Positions 24,876 to 37,689 of a DNA stretch of 64,000 bases are shown one piece after another (the stretch's first letter is position 1; every line of letters starts with the position of its first letter). The DNA is taken from positions 34,224,001 to 34,288,000 of the forward strand of contig CDPCPM010000037.1 of the NCBI GenBank assembly GCA_976551045.1. The letters are read 5' to 3'. The notes under the pieces were generated by a model. The model was given only the letters and a program-made list of their open reading frames with translations. It was not told the DNA's origin and ran no database searches. Both the position numbers and the translations under genes were made by a program. Origin of the DNA: Glaucostegus cemiculus (lineage: Eukaryota).

Positions 24876-25477
24876 TTCTACTATCTCAGCTCATTTTTTA
24901 TCTGGTCACTTAGACTTAATAGACTATTTGATGAGAAAACCAGTAAAATCTTTACCAAGATTTTTATATTGTTATGTATTCTCAAACACGAGACGAGAAC
25001 AAATACCTTCAATCTTTAGTATTTCTCAAAAAATTCCTAGAGTCTAGTGTAGTCAGTGCAAACCATGCTAAATTTTCTCAGCCTTTGCTGTTGAGACACA
25101 TGGATTGCACACTTTAATATCATCCAACAAACCTTGCACTCTGTGACCATCTTGAGAACTGTTCACTGCACAAAGGAAAGCCAAAACTCAGATATAACAG
25201 CAAGATCCAAAGATATTCCCTCTGATAGCTGGGAAAACTCTTGCCCGCTACTGCTTAGTGTGGAGTCACCATGAAGAACCCAGACTGAGACCCGCAAGTG
25301 AGTCAGCAAGAGAGTATGCTTCAACCTGCATAAAGGCAATGGACCTGAAGCCACAGTGGAAAGGTTTGCTGATTATATATCAAGAACTTGCCCACAGCAC
25401 TGCTAAGAAATACTTACCCACTAACTTGTATCTCCTTCCCTCATCTCAAAAAATTCACTCCGGTTTATCTTTCTGTT

Positions 25478-26050
25478 TTAAAGACAGAAAATGTTGGAAA
25501 CACTCAGCAGGTCAGGCAGGATCTGTGCAAAGACAAACAGTTAATTTTTCAGATCAAAAATTCTTCGTAAGAACTGAGAAAGAGAGGGAAAAATTAGTTG
25601 CAGAGAAGATGGGGAGAAGGATGGATGGGACATAGGGAATATGTGTGATAGATTAAGGCTAGGGTTACTTCCAATAATTAGCTTTCTCTATCAATATTTG
25701 AACAACAATTTTTGCTTTGTCATCTGTCTGAGCTTATTAGGATATTTTTATTTCTTCCCCTGTATGTTAGCACACCATGACCTGTTCTTTGTGACACATG
25801 ACACTTCTCTGTCACTCTGTAACTGCTCATTCCCATAAGGTCCTCAATCTTTCGCACATCCTTCCTTTGTCCTATCCATCCCTCTCTTCTCTGCAACTTA
25901 AAACTAACAATTTTCCCTCTTTCACAGATCTGATGAAGTGCCTTTGACCTGAAATGTTAACTCTGTTTCTCTTTCCACAGATGCTGCCTGATCAGCTGAA
26001 TCTTTCCAGCATTTTCTGTTTTTGTTTCAGATTTCCAATTTCTGCAAATA
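25478..26050. mobile_element. Penelope-derived fold-back element: minus arm ~25478-25650, plus arm ~25845-26050 with a degenerate hammerhead core
   Basis: The two arms are reverse-complement homologues. CTGATGA at 25930-25936 and GAAA at 25951-25954. Confidence 0.75.
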
Positions 26051-27374
26051 TTATTGATTTTCCTCCATCTCCCTCTGCTTATGATTCCCCTTAAAAATAA
26101 CACCTTCTGCCCCTTAACTGAACATGTTCTTTTTTTGCACGTTACAGTTCTTTAAAGTATTTTGGGACCCTTTCCTACATTAATTCTATAACTGTAATAT
26201 ATTGTGCTTGTGTTTTGCCCCAACAGCTATCCAACAATTAATAACAAATAGGATGTAATATGTATTTGTTTTCACATGCTTTGAGGCCGTTCTTGACCTG
26301 CCAGTTTCTATGGGGTGAAGGACAGTATATCTGCTTTTTTGAGTTTATTGTCTAGCTTTAGTTAATTTCTAGGTTGCATTCTTGAATCTGAATATTATGA
26401 GTCTGAGGCAGAAACTTCTGTGTGTGAGCATTCTTATTTTCTTATGTATATTAACTGTTTTGAAAGGCCTGGAAGCAAGATAATATACAAAATAAACTGT
26501 TGTACTTGATTAAGTTTTTAACTCTTCTCTCTGGAAGCCGGTGATTTAACCCTCTGATTCTACTGTCATCCCATAGTATTAACTTGCTCTTCCGAGTCAT
26601 CATGAAATTGGTGGCCCTCTTTTAAAATTAGAGATCAGGATCTGTTGATGTTGTCAGGGTTCAATCTGCAGTTTTAATGAATGGGTTGCTATTGGAATGG
26701 AGCAGTTATTGAACTAGAAGAGTCCAAAGTTGTTGAGTCACTGTATTAAATTTTATGTTTCTTTGATTTGGAGAAGTAGGAAGTCTTAGGCTTGGCCTTG
26801 GGTTCCGCATGCCCAACCCAGATTGTGCCCTGATCCTAACTAGGCACTAAATTTCTAGCTGAGGGTTCACTACTGAATTGTAGTTCCTAGTCACTGAGTA
26901 TTTTTAATGAAAAATGATAAGGAGGTATGGGACAAAGATTGGCTGGATTTCGTATCCTAAAGTCTAATAATAATCAATTTTGAGATTCGTGCAGACCACT
27001 CCTTCAAAATTATATGAAATCAGGTCCATTGTATTTTTTAATATAATAAGTACATGTAATGAAATATTAGTTCTTGTATGAAGAATATTCTACATTTAGA
27101 TTTCACTACTGGAACTGATTCGATCCCAGCCTGCAAACTATCATCTAATTTCAGTTATGGAATACTGAAATGAATTTCCTTTCATCGTTTTGGTGACTAA
27201 TTAGAACATCTGAGAGTGAGGTGTTTTCTTCATCACATTAATTATTTCCCTTTCATTTTCATATATCTTTGCACTTTTCACCAGTTAGTACAGTTTGTTT
27301 GTAAATGGTGTTTACTATTGAGTGATTTTACCTGCCATTAAATAGAATACTATACATCATGTGTTGGTGTTTTG

Positions 27375-28295
27375 TTTTCAGTGCCTTGAGATGTCTGTTT
27401 TAAGTAGTCCAGATCTCAGAAACCTATAGGAGGGCCAGGTCTCAGAAGCCTATAGCAGGGCCAGGATCACTGAAGTCAGGTTGACCATGAGTTTTGTGCC
27501 AGATCCGAGGACTTGGTCTTCAAGTGTCTTTTTACTCAATTAGTAAAACGCTGTCCTGGTAGATTGAAAGTGATGGTGAATTTTGCATCAGTGTTTGTCT
27601 TTGCCAAGTGGTGCCTCCTGAGATGTGGAAAGTGGTCTACAGTTTCCATAGTCTTGGCATGGGTCTTCATTGTCAGAGGGCAATGTGGTGTAGCAGGGCG
27701 AGGTTGGTAGAAGATTTTGATCTCGCAGATGTTGACGTATTACCAATGCTGTCTCTGCAACATCCTCCAAAGGAAGGCTAAGCAAACCAATGCCGGCATC
27801 TTTTCTGAGGCTGACTTCCACAACAGTGAGGCCCTAGTTATTCTCAGTGAGCTAAGTTGGGCTGGCTATATGATTTGTGTGCCTGACACCAGACTCCCGA
27901 TACAGTCACTCTATTCAGAAGTCTGTTGTAGTAGGATATAATTAGGTGAACAGAGAAGAAGATTCAAGGATGTGCTAAAAGCTTTCTTGAAGAAGTGCAA
28001 TATCCCCATTGATTTATGAGAATCTCTAGCTCCTGATTACTCAAAGTGGAGAAGGAATATTCGTTATTGGGAACTTCGAGGCCATGCTTCAGGAGCATCC
28101 AGAAACCCTGCACAAGCAGCAGACAGAGCACATAACCTCACTAACTACCCGTCCACCTCACCCATCAACCACCTCCTGTTCCTTCTGAATAAAAGCTTAC
28201 AGTTCCAACATTGTCCTCATTAGCCACCTCAGAACTCAAAACCAGAGTGGAAGTAAATTATCCTTGAACCTGAAGAACTGCCCAAGGAGGAAGAT
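27375..28295. mobile_element. RTE-clade LINE with 5' inversion (minus ~27375-27737, plus ~27738-28295)
   Basis: The minus part runs from the ETVDHFPHL region to LL..SE.WTT..RHLKAL. The plus part continues YYQCCLCNILQ...LSWAGYMICVPDTRLPIQSLYSE...RFKDVLKA and ends in a purine-rich tail. Confidence 0.85.
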
Positions 28296-29076
28296 GAGGA
28301 CAAATAGTGTGGAAAACTGTAGGAAAAGAAAGGTCTATTTCAAATCCATCAAAATCCTAAAATGAGCATCTGCTTGTATACTCATACAGTATTGTTGATT
28401 CCATTGATGGTACAATGCCAAATAGGCTCTAACAGTTTGTGAACTTTGACTTAAAAAGCTGTTTAGATCAGGACTTAAAGTCTAAGTTTAGCAATGGTGT
28501 AGGAGTATATTCATTTATTCTTACTGACATAAAAAGTAATATAGTTTGAGGATTTAATGACATCTGGATAGTCAGTTAAATGGATTATAGAAGTGAAAAA
28601 TAAAGAATTGTAGAGATCATTGCATGGATTGAAAGCTGAAACTTAATCATAATGAAGATGCAAGCTTCTAAAAACAAAAGAAATAAGGCATACACCAAAA
28701 TATTGCTTCAAAATAGTTGGGAAGTAACCCATTGTTACCAAGAATAAGGATTAGATCAAATTTACATTACACTATTTTAAACCTTTCAAATTCTGTAAAA
28801 TTAAGATTATCCAAAACACACAAAAGTCTACTATCAACTTACTTTTAAATGTGAAGTTCCCACAGATATAGGTATTTTGAAGATTGTATTGAGATAAAAC
28901 ATTTTATGAATTTCACCATTTTATACTTTGTTTTTCATAGTTGCATTTTTAAAATAATTTTAGGTAAAGTATTATACAATTTGTTATCGGTTTCTTCAAA
29001 GTTCAAAGAATTTATTAAATATTAGTATGGTTGCATTTTCTCAAGGTTGCTCATTGAGTTTTCTCTTAGCTACTAT

Positions 29077-31280
29077 TATAGAACATAACAGCACGGTACA
29101 GGCCCTTCGGCCCACGTTATTGTACCGACATTTTATCCTGCCCTAAGATCTATCTAATCCTTCCCTCCCACATAGCTCTATATTTCTCTATCATTCATGT
29201 GTCTTTCTAAGGGTCTCTTAAATGTCCATATTGTATCTGCTCCCCACAACCTCTGCCAACAGTGCGTTCCATGCATTCACCTCTGTGTAAAAAAAAGACT
29301 TACCTTTGACATCCTCCTTATACTTTCCTCCAACCACTGTAGAATTATGCCCCTTCATATTAGCCATTTTCATCCTGGGAGAAAGTCTCTGACTGTCCAC
29401 TCAATCTATGCCTCTTATCATCCTGTACACCTCTACCAAGTCACCTCTCATCCTCCTTTGCTCCAAAGAGAAAAGCCCTAATTCACTCAACCTACCTTCA
29501 TAAGACATGCTCTCCGATCCAGGCAGCATCCTGGTAAATTTCCTCTGCACCCTCTCTAAAGCTTCCACATCCTTCCTATAATGAGGTGACCAGAACTGAA
29601 CACAATATTCCAAGTGTGGTCTAACCAGAGTTCTATAGAGCTGCAACATTACCTCACGGCTCTTGAACTCAATACCCCGACTAATGAAGGCCAATACACC
29701 ATATGTCTTCTCAACAACCCTATCAACCTGCACAGCAACCTTGAGGGATCTGTGGACGTGGACTCCAAGATCCTTCTGTTCCTCCACGGTTCTAAGAGTC
29801 CTGCCATTAACCTTGTATTCTGCCTTCAAATTCAATCACTTCCCACTTTTCTGGGTTGAATTTCATCTGCCACTTCTCCGCCTAGGTCTGCATCCTATCA
29901 ATGTCCTGTTATAATCTACAGCAACCTTCTACACTATCCACAACACCACCAATCTTCAGTCATCAGCAAACTTACTAACCCACCCTTCCACTTGCTCATC
30001 CAAGTCACTTATAAAAATCACAAAGAGCAGGGGTCCCAAAACATATTCCTGCTGAACACCACTGGTCACTGACCTCCAGGCAAAATATGCTCCATCTACC
30101 ACCACCCTCTGTGTTCTATGGGTGAGCCAATTCTGAATCCACACGGCCAGTTTTTCCCTGGATTCCATGCCTCCTGACTTTCTGAATGAGCCTTCCATGA
30201 GGAACCTTACTAAACGCCTTACTGAAAGCCATATACACCACATCCACTGCCCTATCTTCAATGTGTTTTATCCCCAGAAGAGATCCCAATGATCAACAAA
30301 TCTGAAACCCTGCCCCCTGCACCAACTCCTCAGCCGCACATCCATCTGCCAAATCAACCTATTCTTACCCTCACTGGTGCATGGGACAGGCAGCAATCCA
30401 GAGATTACTACTCTTGAGGTCCTGCTTTTCAGCTTCCTACCTAGCTCCCCATATTCCCTCTCCAGGACCTCATCTCTTTTCCCAGCTATGTCATTGGTAC
30501 CAATATTACCATGACCTCTCACTATTCGCCCTCCCCCTTCAGAATGCTGTGGACCCGATCCGAGACATCCCTGACCCTGGCACCTGGGAGGCAACATACC
30601 ATCCAGGAGTCTCTTTCATATCCACAGAATTTCCTATCTGCCCCCCCCCTTACTATAGAATTCCCTATCATTACTGTTCTTCTCTTCTACCCCCTTCTGC
30701 ACCACACAGCCAGGCTCTATGCCAGCGACCTGGTCATTGCAGCTTTTCTCTGGTAGGTTCTTCTTCCCTGCCCCCACCCCCCCAAACAGTATCCAAAGCG
30801 GTATACCTATTATTGAGGGGAACAGCCACAGGGGCACTCTGTACTACCTGCCTATTCCCCTTCCTTCTCCTGCCAGTCACCTGGTTCCCTGCCTCCTGCA
30901 GGTTAGGAGTGACTGCCTCCCTGTAGCTCTTATCTACGAACTCCTCATTCTCCCGTAGGAGCCAAAGGTCATCCAGCTGCATCTCCATTTCCCTAACACG
31001 GTCTGTAAGGTGCTGCAGCTGGATGCACCTCGTGCAGATGTAGCTATCAGCGGTCTCCCTGAACTCCCACATCTCATAAAATGAACACCACTCACCCCAG
31101 AGCCATTCTAACTACTCTGGCCTGGCACTAATGGAAAAACCAAAGTGAAGGAAAAAAACTTATCTCAGCCTCCACTAGCCAAAGCCTCAGTCCCACCACC
31201 CCACCCTGCAAGGTGAAACTCACAAGCACACGCAGAGTCTCACCTCTTTTCAAAGGTCCCACTCCAAATCTGGCTCCTTT
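29077..31280 (-). mobile_element. Internally deleted CR1 LINE: 5' region, ORF1 (Zn-finger/coiled coil, SGNH esterase) fused to the RT C-terminal half and 3' tail
   Basis: 30734-31072 YICTRCIQLQHLTDRVREMEMQLDDL; 30268-30597 NIGTNDIA...VVISGLLPVP...FVDHWDLFWG; 29956-30261 VTSGVQQEYVLGPLLF...KFADD; 29401-29835 RPHLEYCVQFWSP. Confidence 0.9.
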
Positions 31281-31479
31281 CTTTCTCCCACTATGTAGAG
31301 TGGGGTGAGGGTGGATGATGTGATTTTAACCAGTGTGTATTGATAAAATGGCTGAATCCATATAAATATATGACATATTGAAAGCACACTGTGAGCTTGC
31401 TAATTTCAGTGTATTAGGCTGCAATTGCCTGCCAATTAATCATCAGCATTGAGGACCCTGGTAAAAATGAAAAGAGTGA

Positions 31480-32330
31480 TTATTCATGGGATAACACTCC
31501 AATGATTGGAGTCATAACTCACAATGAAAGGTGATCATGATTGTGGGAGATCAATCATCCCATCCACAGGACATTACTGCAGAGGTTCCTAATGGCAATA
31601 TTCTAGGCCCAAACATCTTCAGTTGTTTCATCAAGATCAGACAAAGGGATGTTTACAGATTGTACCATGTTCAATATCATTCTCAACTCAGCAAAAAAAA
31701 CAATCCATGCTTGCTTGCAGTAGCCATCTCCCACAAGAGAATCTCACCACCTACTCAAGATTCAATGACATTTCCATCACTGAAACCACCAACCCCAACA
31801 TCCTGGTATCACCATGAACTCAACTGGACCACCTAAACAAGTACTGTATAGCAAGTTGGAAGCTGAGTATCCTGCTGAGAGTTACTCACCTCATGGCACA
31901 TCCAAAGCCTTTCCTCCATCTACAAGGCACAAATCAGGAGCGTGTAGAATCTCTCCACAGCCAGATGAGTGCAGCTCCACAACTCAAGAAACTCCACGCC
32001 ATCCAGGACAAATTAGCCTGCTTGATTATAACCTTGTCGGCCATCCTCCTAAATGTGCATTGCCTCTGCCACTGTTGTGTAATGTGTATCATCTACAAAA
32101 TTCACTGCACCTTGCAACTCCAGGTCTTCTCTCTCCAAGATGGACAAGGACAACAGATGCACGAGGGAACACCATCATCTGCAAATTTCCTTCCAAGTTG
32201 CCTATACCCTGATTTGAAAATATATTACTGGTTCTTCCTCATTGCTGGATCTAAGTGCCAGAGCCTCTAACTCCTTTGCACTGTGAGAGTACATTTATCA
32301 AAAAGAGTGCAGCAGTTCAGGAAGCAGCAG
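31480..32330 (+). mobile_element. Old LINE fragment (CR1/L2 superfamily)
   Basis: ITAEVPNGNILGPNIFSCFI is a degenerate GVPQGSVLGP motif. Confidence 0.7.
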
Positions 32331-32939
32331 ACTGTTCCTGTCACATGCTGCATAACAGGAGATGTCCAGGGTCTCTCAGTTGGCCAATCATAAATGCATC
32401 AGACAGGTGACAGATGTCTTATTTGCAAGGTATGGCAATTATATTGACTTCCTTACAGCTTCTCCCTATCACTCTGAGAAGGCACCCTAGTCGGCAGCTG
32501 TAGAATGTATTTAATTGCACTTGTGGCTTTGGAGACACTTTCTGATCATCCAAGACTTTGCATTAGTGTCCAGGTAGCCTATAAACTTAAGTGTGTGCAC
32601 ACGATATCCAACAACTGTCACGATTCATTTGCCTGGCAACAATTCAGTTTCTCTGATACATTCAGACCTTCAAGTAGATTTAAGGGCGGCAGGGACGATT
32701 AGTCCATCTGAGGAACCCAACATCCAGGAATGCTAAACAGTGCTAGCTGTCTATTAAAAATATCATTAAGCATGCTGTCAGAATATTGACAATGTATTCT
32801 GGGTGCCTTCAGTGCTATAGAGGTACTTTTCAATATGTTCAAGTCAAAATCTCAACTTCTGTAATGCTCTGCTGTGGACTCAATGACATTGTCCAGCAGG
32901 AAGGATAGGGAACATGTGTCAGAGATGATTTGGAAATAA

Positions 32940-33095
32940 TAGCAAAGTGCTAGGCACAACAGCAGGTCAGGCATTACCTGTGAAAGGAGACATGTCTGAG
33001 ATTGTTCGTCAGAACTAGGAAAGAGAGAAAACAAATTAGTTTTCAGTCGCAAAGGAGGATGGGTCAAACAAAGGGAATATCTCTGATAAAGTGAG
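32940..33095 (-). mobile_element. Penelope-derived terminal repeat fragment
   Basis: cagcaggtcaggca...gtcagaactaggaaagagag...caaagggaatatctctgata, homologous to 25500-25650. Confidence 0.6.
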
Positions 33096-33899
33096 GCAGT
33101 GAGAATCAGATTATGTTTCTTTGTCAGACTTATGTGTTGTCAGACTATGTCATTTTACTTTAAATGGAACCAATCAAATTCCTCAGTTCATCTCCTCCAA
33201 GTGTCATTTGCGTCTTCCTCTTGAGGTTTTGATATGGACCCTGTTCATTCTCTGTTAAAAATATCCACCTAAAATGATTGTGTTAATTTCTGTGTTAACA
33301 TTAATAGTGTAAATTTAGTTAGTCACCAAAACTGGATTGATGTGTAGAATGAGCTTTCATTTTTTCCCCAATTTTTCTTTCTCAGAAAGTTATCACAGTT
33401 TACCACATTGATTGCTGATATAATGATGTAGTTTATAGTGTTCAATAAAAACCCACTTTTATTTAAACTCTTCCCTGAAACTATAATGCAAAAGCCAATA
33501 ACAAGACATTTATTGTTTCTTCTTAATTTCACTGAGTATTTGTGATATTTTAAAAGCTTTGAAAATAACATTAATAAGTGCATATTCATAGTTTATTTTT
33601 GGTCTATATTCTTTAGTAGCTATGGTCTTTTCAAATGGAAGCAGAAGGTTGCAACCTATTGATTAGTAACTAAGCCAGTATACAAGAGCTATATACAATC
33701 TAAAGATGCATTTCAGTTCAAAAGATTGATGAACTGATTGTTTCTGGCGTTAAAGGACTAGGGCTAATGGGCTCAAATAAAGGTGGGTGGCCTTTCAGGC
33801 CACAGATGAGGAGAACTTCTTCCCCTAGAGGGTGGTGAATCATTGGAATTCCAAGTGGGGGCCGTTTTCCCTGGAGCAAAGAAGGCTGAGTAGTTTTAG

Positions 33900-35372
33900 A
33901 CATATTAACAAGAGGGTAACTAGGGAGAACTTGAATCACTCAAGGACAAAGGAGGGAATTTATGCCTGGAGACAGAGGAAGTGAGTGAAATATTAAATAA
34001 GTACTTCACATTGGTATTCACCATGGAGGGGGATGTTCAGGATCGTGAGATCAGGGAGGGGTATGGTGATATTCTAGGGCATGTTGATATCAAGAAGGAG
34101 GAGGTGTTGGGGCTCTTGAAGAACATTAAAGTGGATAAGTTCCCAGTGCCTGATGGGATCTATCCCAGATTACTAAGAGAGGCAAGAGAGGAGATTGCTG
34201 GGCACTTGACAAAGATTTTTATATCATCTTTAGCCACAAGCGAGGTCCCAGACGACTGGAGAGTTGCAATGTTGTTCCTTTGTTTAAGAAAGGCAACAGG
34301 GACAAACCAAGAAATCATAGGCCGGTGAGCCTTAGATTAATGGTAGGGAAACTATTGGAGAAGATTCTGTTTGGAAAAACATAGACTTATTAGGGATAGT
34401 CAGCATGGCTTTGACTCATAAATTTGTTTGTAATCTCCATTGTTTGTAATATATATAAATGATTTGGAGGAAAACATAGATGGGTTGATTAGTAACTTTG
34501 CAGACAATGTAAAAATTGGCAGAGTTATGTATGGTGAGAAAGGTTGTCAAAGATTTCAGCTGGATATAGACTAGTTAGAAATATGGGTAGAGAACTGGCA
34601 GATGGAATTTAATTCAGGTGTGTGGGGTGTTGCATTTTGGGAGGTCAAATGTAGGATGAAAGTATACAGCAAATGGCAGGGCCCTGAGAGGGATTGATGG
34701 ACAGAGGGATCTTGTGATGTAAGTCCATAGGTCCCTGGAAGTGGCAACACAAGTAGATAGGGTGGTGAAGAAGGTGTATGGCAGACTTGCCTTCTTCAGT
34801 CGAGTGTGGAGTATAAAAGTCAAGAAGTCATGTTGCAGCTGTATAAAAGTTTGTTTCAGCCACATTTGAAGTATTGTGTGCAGTTCTGGTTGACACATTA
34901 CAGGAAGGATGTAGAGGCTTTTGAGAGGATGCAGAAGAAGTTCACCTGGATGTTGCCTAGATTAGAGAGTATTAGCCATAAGGAGAGGTTGGAGAAACTA
35001 GGATTGTTTTCTCTGGAGTGTCGCAGGCTGAGGGGATGACTTGATAGAAGCATATAAAATTATAAGGGGCATAGATAGGATAGAGTATTTTTTCCCCCAG
35101 GGTAGCTTTAAAGTGAGAGGGGGAAAGTTTAAAGGTGATTTATGAGGCAAGGTTTTTTACACAGAGAGTGGTAGGTGCCTGGAATGCACTGCAGGGGAAA
35201 TGGTGGAAGCACATACAATAGCAACATTTGAGAGTTATTTAGACAGGCACATGAACAGACAGGGAATGGAAGGATACAGATCATGTGCAAATAGATGGGA
35301 TTATTTGGAGTAGCATCATGGTGGACACTTACATTGTGGGCCGAAGGTTCCTGTGCTGTACTGTTCTATGTT
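33900..35372 (+). mobile_element. CR1 LINE ORF2 fragment with internal deletions and 3' tail
   Basis: EILNKYFTLVFT...PDGIYPRLLREAREEIA and QPHLKYCVQFWLTHYRKDVEAFERMQKKFT. Confidence 0.9.
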
Positions 35373-35377
35373 ATATG

Positions 35378-35750
35378 ACTTCATGGAGGTTTATAAAATT
35401 GAAGGGCATAGATAATCTCAGTCTTTTTCCCAGGGTAGAGGAACCTAAAACTAGAGCACATAGGTTTAAGGTAAGAGGGGAAAGATTTAAAGCAAAACTG
35501 AGGGACAAGTTATTCACACAGAGAGCAGTAGATATCAGGAACAAGCTGTCAGAGAAGGTGGTAGAGGCTGGTACAATCACAATGTTTAAAGGATATTTGG
35601 ACAGGTAGGCAGGAAATGTTTAGAGGAATATGAGCTAAACACAGGCAAATGGGACTAGCTGAGGTTGGCAACCAGTATAGATAGGCATCTTGGTCATCAT
35701 AGATGAGTTGGGCCAAATGGCTTGTTTCTCTGCTGTATAGCTCTATGAAC
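35378..35750 (+). mobile_element. Second CR1 3' end in tandem
   Basis: SLFPRVEEPKTRAHRFKVRGERFK with tail ctgctgtatagctctatg. Confidence 0.85.
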
Positions 35751-36504
35751 CTATTATGACTGTCTAGACCGATCTTGGCTTCCAGATAACAAAATTGGGA
35801 GAAAATGAGAAAATGGCTTCAATTTTGGTTGGGAGTCAGGATGAAAGTTGCGATGAGATCAGTGGGAGGGATGGTGCATCACAGAAAAATGCGACTATCT
35901 CATTCTATGTACATTGATTAAGAAATTGGATCATCAGCTCAAACTGATAACTAGAGTACCTGGTTACATTTTCAAAGTTGCGCGATTTGACCACAAAATT
36001 GCTATAATTTATTTCCAGTCCAGAAATAGCAGCATTGTGCCGAAAAACACAACACTACACTGCAAGACTTTCAAGGCTTTTATTTTCATGCTTATTTCTT
36101 GTGAGGCCTATTACTGCATGGCCAAAACCAACACTGGCAAATCTCAATTTGAGATGTAACATTGAAATTGCTGCAAAGTATTCTTTCATTGTATTAAAGC
36201 TACATGACCTTTTGTTTTGCAAGAAAAACTGCCAATCAAGGAGCATCAATTCAATATTGACACTTGAAGTATGGAGTACTCCTTTACCGTTAGTGTTGCG
36301 GGAGGCTGGAGGTCCGATATCTGACATGCCCGCAACTAATAGTGCTTGAAGCTAATTGCATGATTGAAAACTGAGGAGTGTTCAGCAGTGTTCTTGCAAT
36401 GACACCCTTATCTGCTGGTGGCATATGTCCATCTGACATTTTCATCAGCAAGGAAAAATGAACAGTAAATAAAGGAACCATTGGCAAATAGACAAGGTTC
36501 TTTT

Positions 36505-36895
36505 TAAAGGTGTGTAATGGTTCAGTTAATAGGGTTCGCACCTCAGTGTCAGAAGATTCTTGGTTCATGCTCCAGGGATAATCACGCTTATCTGGACTGG
36601 TAATCCAGTGCCACGCTGAGGATGTGTTGAAAATCATGCTCTTTGCACAAGAAATTAAACAGATCTCTCAGATGGATACCAAAGATCCATGGCACTATCT
36701 AAGGACAAGCAGGGTAATTATCCAATGTTTATCCATCAGTGATAATGAAATAGATCTTGCAAATATATTCACATTAAAGTTTATGGGATCTTGTTGTCTG
36801 CAAATTGTTTATTATTTCCTGCATTGCAATAGTGACTGCACTTTAAAAGTACTTAATAAGGCTTAAAGCACCTTGGGACATCTTGAAAAGGAGCT
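36505..36895 (+). mobile_element. Ancient DeuSINE (SacSINE1-like)
   Basis: tRNA-like head (cgcacctcagtgtcagaagattcttggttc), Deu-domain-like aaagatccatggcacta...atgggatcttgttgtctgcaaattg, and L2-type tail gtgactgcactttaaaagtactt...aaagcaccttgggacatc. Related remnants at ~15560-15690 and ~62520-62800. Family assignment is from recalled consensus. Confidence 0.65.
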
Positions 36896-37489
36896 GCATT
36901 GGTTTATTGGTTTCCACTTTGATATCATTGTACATTTTGCTTGTTTGGGGCAAGAAGAAATGGCAACCAAATTTACAGACTGACAACATTGAAAGTATCA
37001 TTAATATTGAGTACCAACAAATTATGAGTAGTAATAAGTTGGAAGAACAGATGAAAAACATGGCATATGCAAATGTAAGATGGTATATTCTGGTTAGAAA
37101 ACATGCACAAAATAGTTGAATATTTAGGCCTACATTTTATGGCTAGTGCTATGGAAAACTATAATCAAAATTAATTGTAAATCCACATAAAAATTCAGTC
37201 AGAACATACTTAAAGTAGTATATTCAGACGTGGGTTGCAGTCAAGAAGAAAGATATTGAGGCGACTGATGGTGCAGGCCAGATTGGCAAGTATAACCTAC
37301 ATTCCCAATAAACCTACACTAGAAGAAAGCTATGTGGAAATTTGGAACTAATGTTTTTTCACTATAAACCATAACATGTCTTCAAATGATTGTGCAAATT
37401 CTCAGACTTTTGGTCACTTTTATTTACTATCATACTTGTAAAGGGTGATTGATGTTTTAACAGACTGGTGTTTTCATTTCTTTCTCTAG

Positions 37490-37562
37490 ACTTTAGACAA
37501 GGACAGGTCTGTACTCCAGAAAATGAAGAAGGCAGTCAAAATGAGATATACCTCAGGTCAAG
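37490..37562 (+). CDS. ASAP1-like: ASAP-family coding exon 2 (TLDKDRSVLQKMKKAVKMRYTSGQ +1 nt), BAR domain
   Basis: tttctttctctag| acceptor and G|gtaaag donor. 73 nt, in frame with exon 1. Similar to ASAP1 ALDQDRTALQKVKKSVKAIYNSGQ. Confidence 0.95.
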
Positions 37563-37689
37563 GTAAAGAGCATGAGCACATCTTTAAATTTAATAACTTT
37601 TAAAAATGCTTTCAAGAATGGTTATTTTGTTATATAGATAATATGGATATATAGATCTTACAGTGCACTTTAATTCTTCCTTGAACAGA

